In this document: one piece after another, positions 6,704 through 16,517 of the stretch
Layout of the letters: each line of letters starts with the position of its first letter
How positions within the stretch are numbered: position 1 is the stretch's first letter
NCBI GenBank assembly: GCA_022844345.1
Contig: JALHLU010000015.1
Location: 9,680 to 73,679 of the forward strand
DNA from: Hyphomonadaceae bacterium
Lineage (GTDB): Bacteria; Pseudomonadota; Alphaproteobacteria; Caulobacterales; Hyphomonadaceae
Direction: 5' to 3'
Length of the DNA: 64,000 nucleotides
The notes under the pieces: generated by a model
The model's database searches: none
Told to the model about the DNA's origin: nothing
What the model saw: only the letters and a program-made list of their open reading frames with translations
Position numbers and translations under genes: made by a program

Positions 6704-9700
6704 CTACTCTGCCGGCTGCAGCGCGGGTTCGGATCCGCCGCGTTGCCCTTGGGCCGGCTTGCGCTTGAGAACGAGCCTGCAAATTGCCGGCAGAACGAAC
6801 AGCGTGAGCGCCGTGGCGGTTATCAATCCGCCGATCACGACAGTCGCCAATGGCCGCTGCACTTCGGCGCCCGTTTCGGTCGCCAAGGCCATCGGCACGA
6901 AGCCAATGGCGGCAACGAGGGCAGTCATCAGAACAGGGCGATACCGCTCGATGGCGCCCTCGATGATCGCTACATCCAGGGCGATACCAGCGTCGAGGCG
7001 CTTGCGGATGCTGGTCATCATCACCAGACCGTTCAGCACAGCCACGCCCGACAAAGCGATGAAGCCAACTGCCGCGGAAATCGAGAAGGGCATCCCGCGG
7101 AGCACCAGCGCAAATACCCCGCCAGCAAGCGCCAACGGCACGGCCGAGAAGACTGCAAGCGCCGGCGCGATACCACCGAGAGCCATGTAGAGCAGCGCCA
7201 GGATGAGGACGAAGCAGATCGGAACGACGACTCCCAGGCGCGCCGACGCGGCCTGGAGGTTCTCGAACTGACCGCCCCACGCGATGTAGGCGCCTGCCGG
7301 AAGTTCGATCTGCGCCACTTTGGTCTGAGCTTCGGTGACAAAGCCGCCCAGGTCCCGGCCCCGGATGTTGGCCTGCACGACGATGCGCCGCTTGCCATTC
7401 TCGCGGCTGATCTGGTTCAGCCCTTCTGTGAAGGAGAACTCGGCCAGAGACCGTAGCGGGACGCTCAGTCTTTGCTGACCTTCTACGGGCGGCAGCATTA
7501 CGGGCAGCGCGCCGATCGAATTGACATCGTTGCGCAGCGAGTCCGGAACTCGGACGATGATATCGAAGCGACGGTCTCCCTCGAAGACGAGACCGGCTTC
7601 TCGTCCGCCAAGGGCGGAGGCGACAGCATCGGCAACCTCCTCGATGGTGAGCCCATTTCTTGCGATGGCGTCGCGGTTAAACTTGACGTCCAGAATCGGG
7701 AAGCCTTGGGTCTGTTCGACTTTCACATCTGCCGCGCCATCGATGGTTTGGAGCGCTTCAGCAATTTGCTGTGCGGCAGGTCCTAGTACGTCGAGATCGT
7801 CGCCATAGAGCTTGACGGCGACGTCTGAGCGAACGCCCGAGATAAGCTCATTGAAGCGCAGCTCGATCGGTTGGCTGAACTCAAAAGCATTTCCAACCTC
7901 CGCAGAAATTGCCGCCTCGATTTTGGCGACAAGCTCCTCCTTCGTGATCTTCTCCGGCCACTCATGCTCGGGCTTTACGATCACAAATCCGTCCGAGATG
8001 TTGACGGGCATTGGATCAGCAGCGACTTCCGCGGTCCCCGTCTTCGACATGACGCGTTCGACTTCCGGCAATGCCACAATGGCTTGCTCCACACGCTTTT
8101 GCATGTCGATTGACTGGTAAAGCGACGTCGACGGAATCCGAAGCGACTGAACCGCAAGATCCTTTTCGTCGAGCTGCGGCGTAAACTCCTGGCCCAGTGT
8201 GGTAAACAGATATCCGGCCACCACGAAGATAGCGGCTCCAGCTCCGATCACAGGCAAGGGCGCCCGCACGGCGGCCCGCAACAACGGCACGTAACGCGCT
8301 TTCGTAACGCGAACGACAGTCACCTCTTTCTCAGCAACCTTGCCGCGGATGAGGATCGCCACCATGGCAGGCACGAAGGTAAGCGACAGGATGAAGGCGC
8401 CAGCGAGCGCCAGCATAACGGTGATCGCCATCGGCGAAAACAATTTTGCCTCAACGCCGGTGAACGCCAGAAGCGGCACGTAGACCAGGAAAATGATCGC
8501 CTGGCCGAAGACAGTCGGCTGAATCATTTCCTTGGAGGCCTCAGTTACCTCAAACAGCCGCTCCTGGAGTGACAGCAGCCTCCCCTCATGGTGCTGTCGC
8601 TCGGCCAAGCGTCGCAGGCAGTTCTCGACAATGATGACGGCGCCATCGACAATCAGGCCGAAATCCAGCGCGCCGAGGCTCATCAGATTGCCCGACACGC
8701 CGAGTTCGTTCATGCCGATCGCGGTCATCAGCATCGAGAGGGGAATGACAAGCCCGGTGATCAGGGCAGCGCGGAAGTTACCGAGCATCACAAAGAGAAT
8801 GACAACGACGAAAAGAGCGCCTTCGGCAAGGTTCTTCTCAACAGTCGCCACAGTTGCGTTCACCAGCATCGAGCGATCGTAGGCTACGTTCGCTTCGATG
8901 CCCGGCGGCAAGGACTTTGCGACTTCTACCAGCCGCGCTCCGACATCAGATGCAACCGTTCGGCTGTTGGCGCCTGTCAGCATGAAGGCTGTGCCGATCA
9001 CGACTTCTTCGCCGTTCTTGGTGGCCGCCCCCGTGCGCAAGTCGCCGCCGATCTTGACTTCCGCGAGGTCCTGAACCGCGACCGGCACGCCTTCACGGTT
9101 GGCCACCACCGCGCGGCGAATCTCATCGAGGGTTCGCACACGCGCGTCTGCGCGGATCAGAAAGGACTCGCCTCCCCGCTGGAGGAAGTTGGCGCCGACA
9201 GACAGGTTGGCGCTCTCTAACGCCTGGGCGAGCTCCGCGAAGGACACGCCAAAGGCCGCAAGCTTGGCCGGGTCGGGTTCGATGACATACTGCTTCTCGT
9301 AGCCCCCGATAGAATCGATCCCCGCGACGTTCTCGATAGCGCGCATCTGGGGCCGGATGATCCAGTCCTGCACAGTCCGGAGGTAGGCGCCGCGCGCGAC
9401 CTCGTCTGCCAGAGTTTCACCTTCAACCGTCAGGAAGGTTCCATCAGGTTGCAAGCCAGGTTTGCCGGCGTTGGCGGCAACGAAGGCTGCATCCGGTTTG
9501 GCGAACTCGACCGTCCACATGAAGATGTCGCCAAGGCCCGTGGTGATCGGACCGATGGTCGGTTGAATGTCAGCGGGAAGCGCGTCGCGTGACTGGGCGA
9601 GGCGTTCGGTAACCTGCTGCCGCGCGAAGTAGATGTCAGTGCCTTCGGTGAACACGGCCGTCACCTGGCTGAAGCCATTGCGTGAGAGGGAGCGCGTGCT

Positions 9701-9940
9701 TTCAAGCCCGGGGATGCCCGAAAGCGCTGTCTCGATCGGGAACGTCACGCGTTTTTCGATCTCGAGAGGTCCGAGCTCGGGATCCGACGTGTTTATCTGC
9801 ACCTGTTTGTTGGTGATGTCGGGAACAGCATCGATCGGCAGTCGAATGAGGTTGTAAACGCCAAACGTTGCGACGAGCAGGGTCAGAAAGACCACGACGT
9901 AGCGGGCGCGAACCGAGAAGGACAGAATGCGGGCAATCAT
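6704..9940 (-). CDS. czcA: HME-RND inner-membrane efflux pump, CzcA family
   Basis: 1078 aa with 12-TM RND architecture. Carries the [15 protein letters not shown] signature of divalent-cation HME-RND pumps. Confidence 0.93.
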   Translation of the reverse strand: MIARILSFSVRARYVVVFLTLLVATFGVYNLIRLPIDAVPDITNKQVQINTSDPELGPLEIEKRVTFPIETALSGIPGLESTRSLSRNGFSQVTAVFTEGTDIYFARQQVTERLAQSRDALPADIQPTIGPITTGLGDIFMWTVEFAKPDAAFVAANAGKPGLQPDGTFLTVEGETLADEVARGAYLRTVQDWIIRPQMRAIENVAGIDSIGGYEKQYVIEPDPAKLAAFGVSFAELAQALESANLSVGANFLQRGGESFLIRADARVRTLDEIRRAVVANREGVPVAVQDLAEVKIGGDLRTGAATKNGEEVVIGTAFMLTGANSRTVASDVGARLVEVAKSLPPGIEANVAYDRSMLVNATVATVEKNLAEGALFVVVILFVMLGNFRAALITGLVIPLSMLMTAIGMNELGVSGNLMSLGALDFGLIVDGAVIIVENCLRRLAERQHHEGRLLSLQERLFEVTEASKEMIQPTVFGQAIIFLVYVPLLAFTGVEAKLFSPMAITVMLALAGAFILSLTFVPAMVAILIRGKVAEKEVTVVRVTKARYVPLLRAAVRAPLPVIGAGAAIFVVAGYLFTTLGQEFTPQLDEKDLAVQSLRIPSTSLYQSIDMQKRVEQAIVALPEVERVMSKTGTAEVAADPMPVNISDGFVIVKPEHEWPEKITKEELVAKIEAAISAEVGNAFEFSQPIELRFNELISGVRSDVAVKLYGDDLDVLGPAAQQIAEALQTIDGAADVKVEQTQGFPILDVKFNRDAIARNGLTIEEVADAVASALGGREAGLVFEGDRRFDIIVRVPDSLRNDVNSIGALPVMLPPVEGQQRLSVPLRSLAEFSFTEGLNQISRENGKRRIVVQANIRGRDLGGFVTEAQTKVAQIELPAGAYIAWGGQFENLQAASARLGVVVPICFVLILALLYMALGGIAPALAVFSAVPLALAGGVFALVLRGMPFSISAAVGFIALSGVAVLNGLVMMTSIRKRLDAGIALDVAIIEGAIERYRPVLMTALVAAIGFVPMALATETGAEVQRPLATVVIGGLITATALTLFVLPAICRLVLKRKPAQGQRGGSEPALQPAE

Positions 9941-9977
9941 GAGTCGATGCTCTCTACGTGTCTATTGATCACGGATG

Positions 9978-11243
9978 TCAGTGGTCGTGTCCCGCATCGC
10001 CCTTGCCGAGTTCGGCCTTCAGGACGAAAGCCTTGAGCCCGGCAATGGTCTGGCCGGCCTGTAGGCCTTCCACGATCTCGACACGCCCGCCTCCGCGCTG
10101 GCCAACAATGACGGGGGCCGCAAGGAATCCGTGTTCCGTACGCACAAACACCACGTCTCGCCCTTCGACGTTTTGCACAGCCTCTTCCGGAACAACGAAA
10201 CCGGTCCCTGTTCCCGCCTGACTGGCAGGTCGAACAAGGGCCCGCGCGTATTGCCCGGGCTGGAGCGACGCTGTTGCATTGGCGAGCTCAAGAACGACAG
10301 TCGCTGCCCGGCTCGCGGCATCCACAGAGGGCGTGACAGCCCGCACCTTGGCGGCAAATGTCTTCCCGTTTGCTTCGATTGTGGCCGGATCACCGGGCCG
10401 AATGCGCTGCGTATCCAACACGGGTACGGCGGCTTCGATCTGGATTTTCGACGGGTCAGAGATGCGGAACAATTCCGTATCCGGTGAAACATACGCGCCA
10501 AGGATTGCGGTTGGCGCAACAGCTGTGATGCGGCCGTTGATTGGGCTGGCAATCGCAACGGACTGACCGTCGGCAGAAACGCGCGCCGCGCGCGCGGACG
10601 ATTCGGCGCGACGAAACTCAGCCTCGGCTTGGGAGAGTTCGGCCTGCGCCGTCTCGAAGTCCTGGCGCGAGGTGACTTTCGATTCGAACAGCGTCTTCTC
10701 GCGTTCGAAGGTGGTCTTCGCCAGATCGAGACGGGATCTCGCGCTCGAAAGCGCGGCTGACAGGGCTGCAGCGTCGGGGCTCAGCACGAGCGCCACGGTC
10801 TCACCCCGGCTCACTGCATCGCCAAGGCGTTTGCGGATGTCGGTTATAGCTCCGGCGGCGCGCGCGGTTAGAATGGCTTCGCCGCTGGGAGCTGCGACAA
10901 CAGTCGCCTGTGCAGTGATTTCGGATCCGAGGCTGCCCGGCGCGACCGTGATCAGGGCGATGCCTGCCCGCTCGATCCCATTGGCATCAATCTCGACCTC
11001 CCCCTCCGCATGTTCTTCTCCCGCCTCGCCCTCATCTCCCTCGTGGCCGGACTCTTCGCCAGCGTGATCGTCGTGATCGGCGACGACCGAAGCGGTGGCG
11101 CCCAGTTCGGCTGCGTGCGCCTCGGGGCTTTCGCCAACATGATCACGATCACCGCCGAAGAAGACGACGCCGGCCGTCAGCCCCACCGCCAAGAGCGCCG
11201 CAGCCGCGGCCCCGATCAGCAAATTCTGCCTGGAGAAGGTCAT
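9978..11243 (-). CDS. czcB: RND periplasmic adaptor (membrane fusion protein), CzcB family
   Basis: 421 aa with an N-terminal TM anchor. His/Asp/Glu-rich stretch (DHDDHAGEESGHEGDEGEAGEEHAEGE), then an HlyD-like barrel-sandwich and beta-barrel. Confidence 0.9.
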   Translation of the reverse strand: MTFSRQNLLIGAAAAALLAVGLTAGVVFFGGDRDHVGESPEAHAAELGATASVVADHDDHAGEESGHEGDEGEAGEEHAEGEVEIDANGIERAGIALITVAPGSLGSEITAQATVVAAPSGEAILTARAAGAITDIRKRLGDAVSRGETVALVLSPDAAALSAALSSARSRLDLAKTTFEREKTLFESKVTSRQDFETAQAELSQAEAEFRRAESSARAARVSADGQSVAIASPINGRITAVAPTAILGAYVSPDTELFRISDPSKIQIEAAVPVLDTQRIRPGDPATIEANGKTFAAKVRAVTPSVDAASRAATVVLELANATASLQPGQYARALVRPASQAGTGTGFVVPEEAVQNVEGRDVVFVRTEHGFLAAPVIVGQRGGGRVEIVEGLQAGQTIAGLKAFVLKAELGKGDAGHDH

Positions 11244-11342
11244 TCTAGTTGCCCTTGGAAAGCGTCGGCGGCGTCGCTGAGCGGACTCGGCCGGGAAGAT
11301 TGAACGGGATGCGGATGGCGATGGTGCGATACATGGTGCTGA

Positions 11343-12587
11343 TCAGTTTGCGTTGGCGCGAATAAGCGCTGCAGCTGCGCGTGCGCGCGCCAGCCTGGCG
11401 TCGATCGATGCATTGCGAATGCTCGCAAAGGCATCCTCTGCGTCGAGGACGTCGATCAACTGAAAGCGACCAGCCTCGTATCCGATCTGCGCGAGGCTTA
11501 GCGCCTCCTCAGCCTGACGAACCGCCTGGTTTTCAAGCGCCGCGGCGCGCGCATCAGCCGCTTCAAAGGCGGAGCGCGCGTCGTTGATCCTTCGCACCAT
11601 TTCAGCAAGTGCGATGTTCAACTGCAGCTCCGCGGCCCTGTCGTCCGCCCGAGCGGCGGCGATGGCGCCGCCATTCATGTTCTGGATCGGGATCGGAATG
11701 CTGATGCCGGCGATCCATGCCTGTTCCCCGGTCGACTCAAATCGCCGCAGGCCCCCACTGACCGTCACATCGACCCAGGCATTGGCCTTTTCCAGCCTGA
11801 GCGCCGCTTCAGCCGCGTCGTGCTCGGCGACCGCCAGACGATAGTCCAGCGTATCTGTGGGAGAGGTGTTCAGACGTTCGTCAGGCTGCTGGAACTCCCA
11901 GGGTCCGACGGCGTCGATTGCGCTCTCGGCGCCCCCCCACAGGACCGCAAGGCCACGCTGTGCGGCAGCCAGTTCGGCAGACGCAATACTGAACTGCGCT
12001 TCTGCTTGTGCGGCCAGAGCTTGCGCCCGCAGCACGCGCAGCGGCGGCTCTCGACCTGCGTCCACAAGTGTCTGTGCGAGATCGGACAGTTTCCTCGCGC
12101 GCTCCAGCGCGGCGCGCGCCAGATCCAGACGCTCCTCGGCGGCGGATAGTTCGGCGAAGCGCTCGCGTACGGTCAGATCAAGGTCAGCCCGAGCAATACG
12201 GCCACGAACAGCGACCGCATCCGCCTGCTTGCCCGCAGTTTCGCTGCGAGCTTCGCGTTTGCCGCCGAGTTCGAGTTGCTGGGAAAGGCCGATCGTTGAC
12301 TCCGCGCTGTCCATGCCCCTCAAGACGCCGCTGCCCGAGAAATTCTCGACGGTGTAGCTGGCCTCGGGATTGATGCCCGCGCCGGCCTGGGTCTGCCGGC
12401 CGCGTGCGGCCTCGACCTGGGCGTCCGCAATCTCGACGACCGGCGAGGTCGTGCGTGCACGATCCAGCGCTTCGGCCAGCGTCAGTGGGGTTGGCGCAGC
12501 CTGCGCCCACGCTGCTCCCATCGGAACCATCGCCGCCAGCGCCCAGCTAAGCGCTACGCGTCCGCAGACGCGAGTTGTCGATTGCAT
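11343..12587 (-). CDS. czcC: outer-membrane efflux factor (TolC/CzcC family)
   Basis: 414 aa with a signal peptide. Two OEP repeats rich in A/E/R coiled-coil sequence. Sits upstream of czcBA. Confidence 0.9.
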   Translation of the reverse strand: MQSTTRVCGRVALSWALAAMVPMGAAWAQAAPTPLTLAEALDRARTTSPVVEIADAQVEAARGRQTQAGAGINPEASYTVENFSGSGVLRGMDSAESTIGLSQQLELGGKREARSETAGKQADAVAVRGRIARADLDLTVRERFAELSAAEERLDLARAALERARKLSDLAQTLVDAGREPPLRVLRAQALAAQAEAQFSIASAELAAAQRGLAVLWGGAESAIDAVGPWEFQQPDERLNTSPTDTLDYRLAVAEHDAAEAALRLEKANAWVDVTVSGGLRRFESTGEQAWIAGISIPIPIQNMNGGAIAAARADDRAAELQLNIALAEMVRRINDARSAFEAADARAAALENQAVRQAEEALSLAQIGYEAGRFQLIDVLDAEDAFASIRNASIDARLARARAAAALIRANAN

Positions 12588-12654
12588 TGGAATTGCCTGA
12601 AATCAGAGTGTCAGCTCTACGCATGCGATCATGCGCGCGCGGTTACACTTCGAG

Positions 12655-13038
12655 TCAGGCCTTCGGCGGGCGTTCGAGGCCGACGGATACGTGCACGAGG
12701 GCCGCTATCTTTGTGATCGGGGTCGCGGCGGTGGCGCTTGCTGCAGGCACCGGTGCGGTAGTGTCACTGCTCTTGAAGGGAGTCGAATGATGGCAGTGAC
12801 CATGGACGCAGTGCTGGTCTTCACCGGGCAGCCGTGACTCATGATCGGCGCCTCCTGGAGCTGGTTCAACAGATGCTCCAGCCAATTCCGGAGACGCGGC
12901 ATCGATTTCGACTGTGAGCGAGAACTCGTCGCCAGCACAGACGGCGGCATCAGCCATGGGCGCGCCAACAAGCACGACTGCAGCCAGCACAACTTGCGCC
13001 GCCTTCATCAGAGCTTGCAGGGTTGATCCAAAGGACAT
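12655..13038 (-). CDS. small secreted Cys/His-rich protein preceding czcC (CzcI-like position)
   Basis: Signal-like N-terminus (MSFGSTLQALMKAAQVVLAAVVLVGAPMADA), a DQHCVHGHCHH cluster, and a C-terminal LERPPKA. The start codon is uncertain (13071, 13038 or 13008). Confidence 0.55.
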   Translation of the reverse strand: MSFGSTLQALMKAAQVVLAAVVLVGAPMADAAVCAGDEFSLTVEIDAASPELAGASVEPAPGGADHESRLPGEDQHCVHGHCHHSTPFKSSDTTAPVPAASATAATPITKIAALVHVSVGLERPPKA

Positions 13039-13216
13039 CGCGAACCGAGATAGGAGGTATCGAAGGAGCAATCTAGACCGGAATTGCTTAAACGGACAAT
13101 AAGTCCTCCGCCTGCGCCTTCACCACTGCGTCAAAGGCGGGCGTTAGCGCCTCGGGAGTTATGTTATATCAGCGCGATCTTCGCTCATTCATTTTCAAGA
13201 TGAGTAGCCATCGGCA

Positions 13217-13621
13217 CTACCGATGTGAACGGAGAAAGACTTTCACAGTCCATTCCATTTGGCTGCCAGCGGTCGTCAGTTGAAGATCGGCGAAATTGGC
13301 GAACATGGTGCACTGGCCTGGGTCCAAAACACCCCATCGCGCCGCTGGGTCAGCCTTGACCCACCCGGGAACCTCCCCGCTCACATTGCAGACAACAGCG
13401 TCGAACCGCGCGTCGGCAGTCTGCCCCAACAACAGCGCGACAGCAGGAAAAGTTGTGACGGGGACATTGAACACTGCGTCAAACCTATCCGCGCTGACCG
13501 CGGATTCCTTGAAGCTGGGGCCAATAGTGGGAAACAAGGAGGACTGCTGGGCGTAGGCCAGCTGCGCTACCCCTACGACTGCCGTAAAGGCCAAACCGAA
13601 AAGTAGCCGCATGACATCCAT
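13217..13621 (-). CDS. secreted hypothetical protein
   Basis: Counted from the internal ATG (MDVMRLLFGLAFTAVVGVAQLAYAQQ), which gives a signal peptide. No family recognised. Confidence 0.5.
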   Translation of the reverse strand: MDVMRLLFGLAFTAVVGVAQLAYAQQSSLFPTIGPSFKESAVSADRFDAVFNVPVTTFPAVALLLGQTADARFDAVVCNVSGEVPGWVKADPAARWGVLDPGQCTMFANFADLQLTTAGSQMEWTVKVFLRSHR

Positions 13622-13773
13622 TTCCAAGAACACGTGATAGTCGCGCCGATATTGGCCGCTTTGCAATCGCAAGGTCCGACCGCGCGAGTCACCGTGGCGA
13701 AACACAACGCGCAGCACGAAATTCGTCTAGCCGAGCAGTGCGCGAGAGACCCCGTTGAATCCGTACGCTGCGC

Positions 13774-14208
13774 TTAATTCCCAAGGTTGAGCACGGCGAC
13801 AACTCCCACGACAATCAGAAGGGCGCTCGCCAACAACAGTGCACGCTTGAGCACGTCACTCCCGACGCTGAAATCCGCGAGCGGCTTGAGATCATCCGGA
13901 ATCTGCATCGGCCTCAACGCCGAGACATTGGCCCCGCCGGTGTTCCCCTTGGGAATCCAGCCGGTCACAAAGCCCGGCAAGACGGCCAGAACCCGCAACA
14001 GCTGGCCGGTGACTTCTCGGCCATCGCGCCGTCTCCAGCCGATGCGAAGCATCCACCAGTGGGTGTGTGCGTGCGGAACTAGATACCGTTGGCCCAGAAT
14101 GTGGGCGCGCTCGGCATGGTGGAAGGCATCCGAAAGCCGGTTCTGATTCCACGCCTGCTGCACATGACCCAGTTCAGCGCGAACGGCCTTGGCGAGTTCA
14201 TGATGCAT
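13774..14208 (-). CDS. DUF3703-domain membrane protein
   Basis: 144 aa. Matches the pattern I associate with DUF3703: HHAERAHILGQ, HAHTHWWML, GQLLRV, PKGNTGGANVS. C-terminal TM helix. The start overlaps the CDF stop by 11 nt. Confidence 0.75.
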   Translation of the reverse strand: MHHELAKAVRAELGHVQQAWNQNRLSDAFHHAERAHILGQRYLVPHAHTHWWMLRIGWRRRDGREVTGQLLRVLAVLPGFVTGWIPKGNTGGANVSALRPMQIPDDLKPLADFSVGSDVLKRALLLASALLIVVGVVAVLNLGN

Positions 14209-14869
14209 GTCTGCCTACCTCCAGCACGCCAACGACGCTCGTAGTTGTGGAACGCAATTCCCGGTAGGCGTGTCGCATGGTCGAGCTGCCCCCGCTGATT
14301 GCGAGCCCCGCAATCACGCCGGCCACGATCGGGTCGGGCCAGAGCGTCCCCGTGCCCAACACGCCGAGCGCCGCCAGCATGACAGCGATGTTGCCGAGTG
14401 CGTCATTGCGCGAGCAAATCCAGACCGAACGCATGTTGGCGTCACCACGGCGATAGCGGAACAGCATCAACGCGACCCCGGCGTTCGCGACCAGCGCCAG
14501 GAACCCGACCACACCCATCGTGGCGACGTGAGGAATCGCATCTCCTGCCCAGGCGCCCCATGCTGCCGAGCCCACCACGAATACGCCGAGCGCCAGAAGT
14601 GTGGCGCTCTTCAGCATTGCCGCCCACGCCCGCACGGACAACGCAAGGCCTGCGATCCCAAAACTGATCGCGTAGTTCGCCGCGTCCGCCAGGAAATCCA
14701 GCGCGTCCGCCTGCAAGGCGGAAGAGCCCGCTGTCAGCCCCGCGGCCAATTCCACGACGAACATGCTCGCATTGGCGCAAAGCGCGATGATCAACACCCG
14801 ACGCCACGCGGCATCAGGCTTGGCAACAGCGCCTGGGTTGCAGACATCCTTGTCGCAACATCCCGACAT
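14198..14869 (-). CDS. cation diffusion facilitator transporter, TMD-only (paralogue of 3272-3925)
   Basis: 223 aa, alignable end to end with CDF 3272-3925 (GCC..D.C N-terminus, SSALQADALDF.ADAANYAIS, RSVWICSRNDA.GN.AVMLAALGV.GTGTLWPD). Confidence 0.85.
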   Translation of the reverse strand: MSGCCDKDVCNPGAVAKPDAAWRRVLIIALCANASMFVVELAAGLTAGSSALQADALDFLADAANYAISFGIAGLALSVRAWAAMLKSATLLALGVFVVGSAAWGAWAGDAIPHVATMGVVGFLALVANAGVALMLFRYRRGDANMRSVWICSRNDALGNIAVMLAALGVLGTGTLWPDPIVAGVIAGLAISGGSSTMRHAYRELRSTTTSVVGVLEVGRHAS

Positions 14870-14901
14870 GAAAAACCCTCGACTCCAACGCGTACAAAGG
14901 T

Positions 14902-14932
14902 AGTCTGGACCCTGTAGTCCCTACAGGGTCAA
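14902..14932 (-). promoter_or_regulatory. MerR-type promoter/operator for CDF 14198-14869
   Basis: On the minus strand: TTGACC, 19 bp, CAGACT, with the dyad ACCCTGTAG-GGA-CTACAGGGT. Nearly identical in design to the 3209-3239 site. Confidence 0.75.
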
Positions 14933-14947
14933 GCTTTGCCGAAAGCC

Positions 14948-15340
14948 ATGTATCCAATAGTCGCGCTCGCCGAAGCCGCCGGCGCAAAGGTCGAGACGAT
15001 ACGCTATTACGAACGCATCGGCCTCCTGCCCGAACCTGGCCGCACGCGAAGCAACTATCGGAGCTATAGCGAGGTCCATCTCGGCCGTCTGAGTTTCATC
15101 CGCCGCGCCCGCGATCTCGGGTTCACACTTGATCAGAGTCGCGAGCTGCCCGAGCTGGCAGAGAGCCGGAACAGTGATTGCGGAATTGTCGACGCCATCG
15201 GGCAGGATCATCTGCGTGACGTCGAACGCAAGATCGCGGACCTGAAGGCATTGCGACGCGAACTGTGCGACCTGATTGGCCAATGTCAGAAGGGCGCGAT
15301 TGCAGAGTGCCGGATCATCGGGGCGCTTTCGCCGCGATAG
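14948..15340 (+). CDS. MerR-family metal-responsive regulator (paralogue of 2803-3207)
   Basis: The ATG at 14948 aligns with the paralogue's start; the TTG at 14936 is an alternative. HTH is LAEAAGAKVETIRYYERIGLL. Same Cys triad (DCG...QCQKGAIAEC). Confidence 0.88.
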   Translation: MYPIVALAEAAGAKVETIRYYERIGLLPEPGRTRSNYRSYSEVHLGRLSFIRRARDLGFTLDQSRELPELAESRNSDCGIVDAIGQDHLRDVERKIADLKALRRELCDLIGQCQKGAIAECRIIGALSPR

Positions 15341-15510
15341 ATGGCGGGCGCCCTGATGCGATTGTCAGGTAAAGCCGACAAGCAACTTGGCTTGGGGAAC
15401 AACGCAAGACGGACAAGAGAAGCTGCGCTTGTTGAAGCCCGCCCTGCCCGCTCATCTCCTCGCTTACTGCAAGCGCGCATTGCGTCGCCAATCTGATTTG
15501 GCTTCGCAAA

Positions 15511-16488
15511 CTATCTGCGGTCCTCGCCAACCAGCGCTCCGGGGGAGAACACGGTCCTGGCGATCTCGTTCAAGAATTTTTCGCATTCCGCGATGAGGTC
15601 ACCGTAGGCCGATGCTTCCATTGGCAGATGCGACCCCGCCCTCAGTTGAACGAAGCGTTTATTTGTCTGGATTTTGTCGAAGACCGCGAGGCTGAGCTCG
15701 GTCGGCGTCCAGACGTCTTGTCCAGGGTGCACAAGCAATAGCGGACAGTTGAGCGTCCAGTCCTTGATGCGGTGCTGATGGAGCGTCCGAAAGAAGCGCG
15801 CCGGCTTCCAGCTCTTGCCGATGTGCGGGTCATTCTGGAAGTATGCCTGCATGCGCGTATTGCTGCTCATGGCGGCGAGGGGCGTGACGAGCGAAAGCGG
15901 CAATACCATCCGATCAAAAAGCCAGGGTATGGCCGCCATGCTGAACAGGCTGAGCTGGCCCAGCCAGCGCCAGCGGGCCGCGCGGATGAAGGTGGACCGG
16001 TCCGACAGATCGAGGAGCGTCGTTGCGATGACGCCTCTGATGTTTTGGCTCGCCTGCGCTGCGAGGAAGGCCGTTAGCCCGCCCATCGACAGCCCCATAA
16101 TGACGGTCGGCGCCCGCTCGGCGTCCGCGATATCAGAGAGCACTGCCGGCCATTCAGAATACTCGCCCCTGTAACCGGTTGCGGGCTGGGTCAGCCCGTA
16201 GCCCGGCAGGTCCGGTGCAAGCACTTTCCATCCGCGTTGGGACAGGGGTTCGGCGAGTGGCGCAAGAATGCGTCCATTGCCGCCTCCGCCATGTACAAGA
16301 AGCAGCGTGCCCTTGGTGACGCCGGAAGCGGGCCAATGATCCATGCGGACCTTATGGCCCCGGATCACCAACTGGATTTCCTCCGGCTCGGTGGTGAGAA
16401 CGATCCCGAATTCTTCTGCGAGAATTTCGCGGTAGATCGTCCATGATGGGGCGTGGCGAAAGTGCTTCATGCCCCTAATGTCGAGCAA
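15511..16488 (-). CDS. alpha/beta-fold hydrolase
   Basis: 325 aa. HGGGGNG oxyanion-type motif and a GLSMGG nucleophile elbow. Resembles lysophospholipase/monoacylglycerol-lipase enzymes. Confidence 0.8.
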   Translation of the reverse strand: MLDIRGMKHFRHAPSWTIYREILAEEFGIVLTTEPEEIQLVIRGHKVRMDHWPASGVTKGTLLLVHGGGGNGRILAPLAEPLSQRGWKVLAPDLPGYGLTQPATGYRGEYSEWPAVLSDIADAERAPTVIMGLSMGGLTAFLAAQASQNIRGVIATTLLDLSDRSTFIRAARWRWLGQLSLFSMAAIPWLFDRMVLPLSLVTPLAAMSSNTRMQAYFQNDPHIGKSWKPARFFRTLHQHRIKDWTLNCPLLLVHPGQDVWTPTELSLAVFDKIQTNKRFVQLRAGSHLPMEASAYGDLIAECEKFLNEIARTVFSPGALVGEDRR

Positions 16489-16517
16489 TTACTCGGATTT
16501 GAATACTCGGATTCCCG

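Noticed and set aside
6537-7280. N-terminal extensions of track ORFs. Examples: 6120-7280 running into czcA, 17615-19162, 19619-20641, 20771-24058, 30847-31452, 46869-47501, 47470-49575 and 2803-3375
   Set aside because: The extensions overlap upstream genes or operators and are Arg/Pro-rich. Internal starts give proper signal peptides, RBSs or alignment with paralogues, so I used the shorter coordinates.
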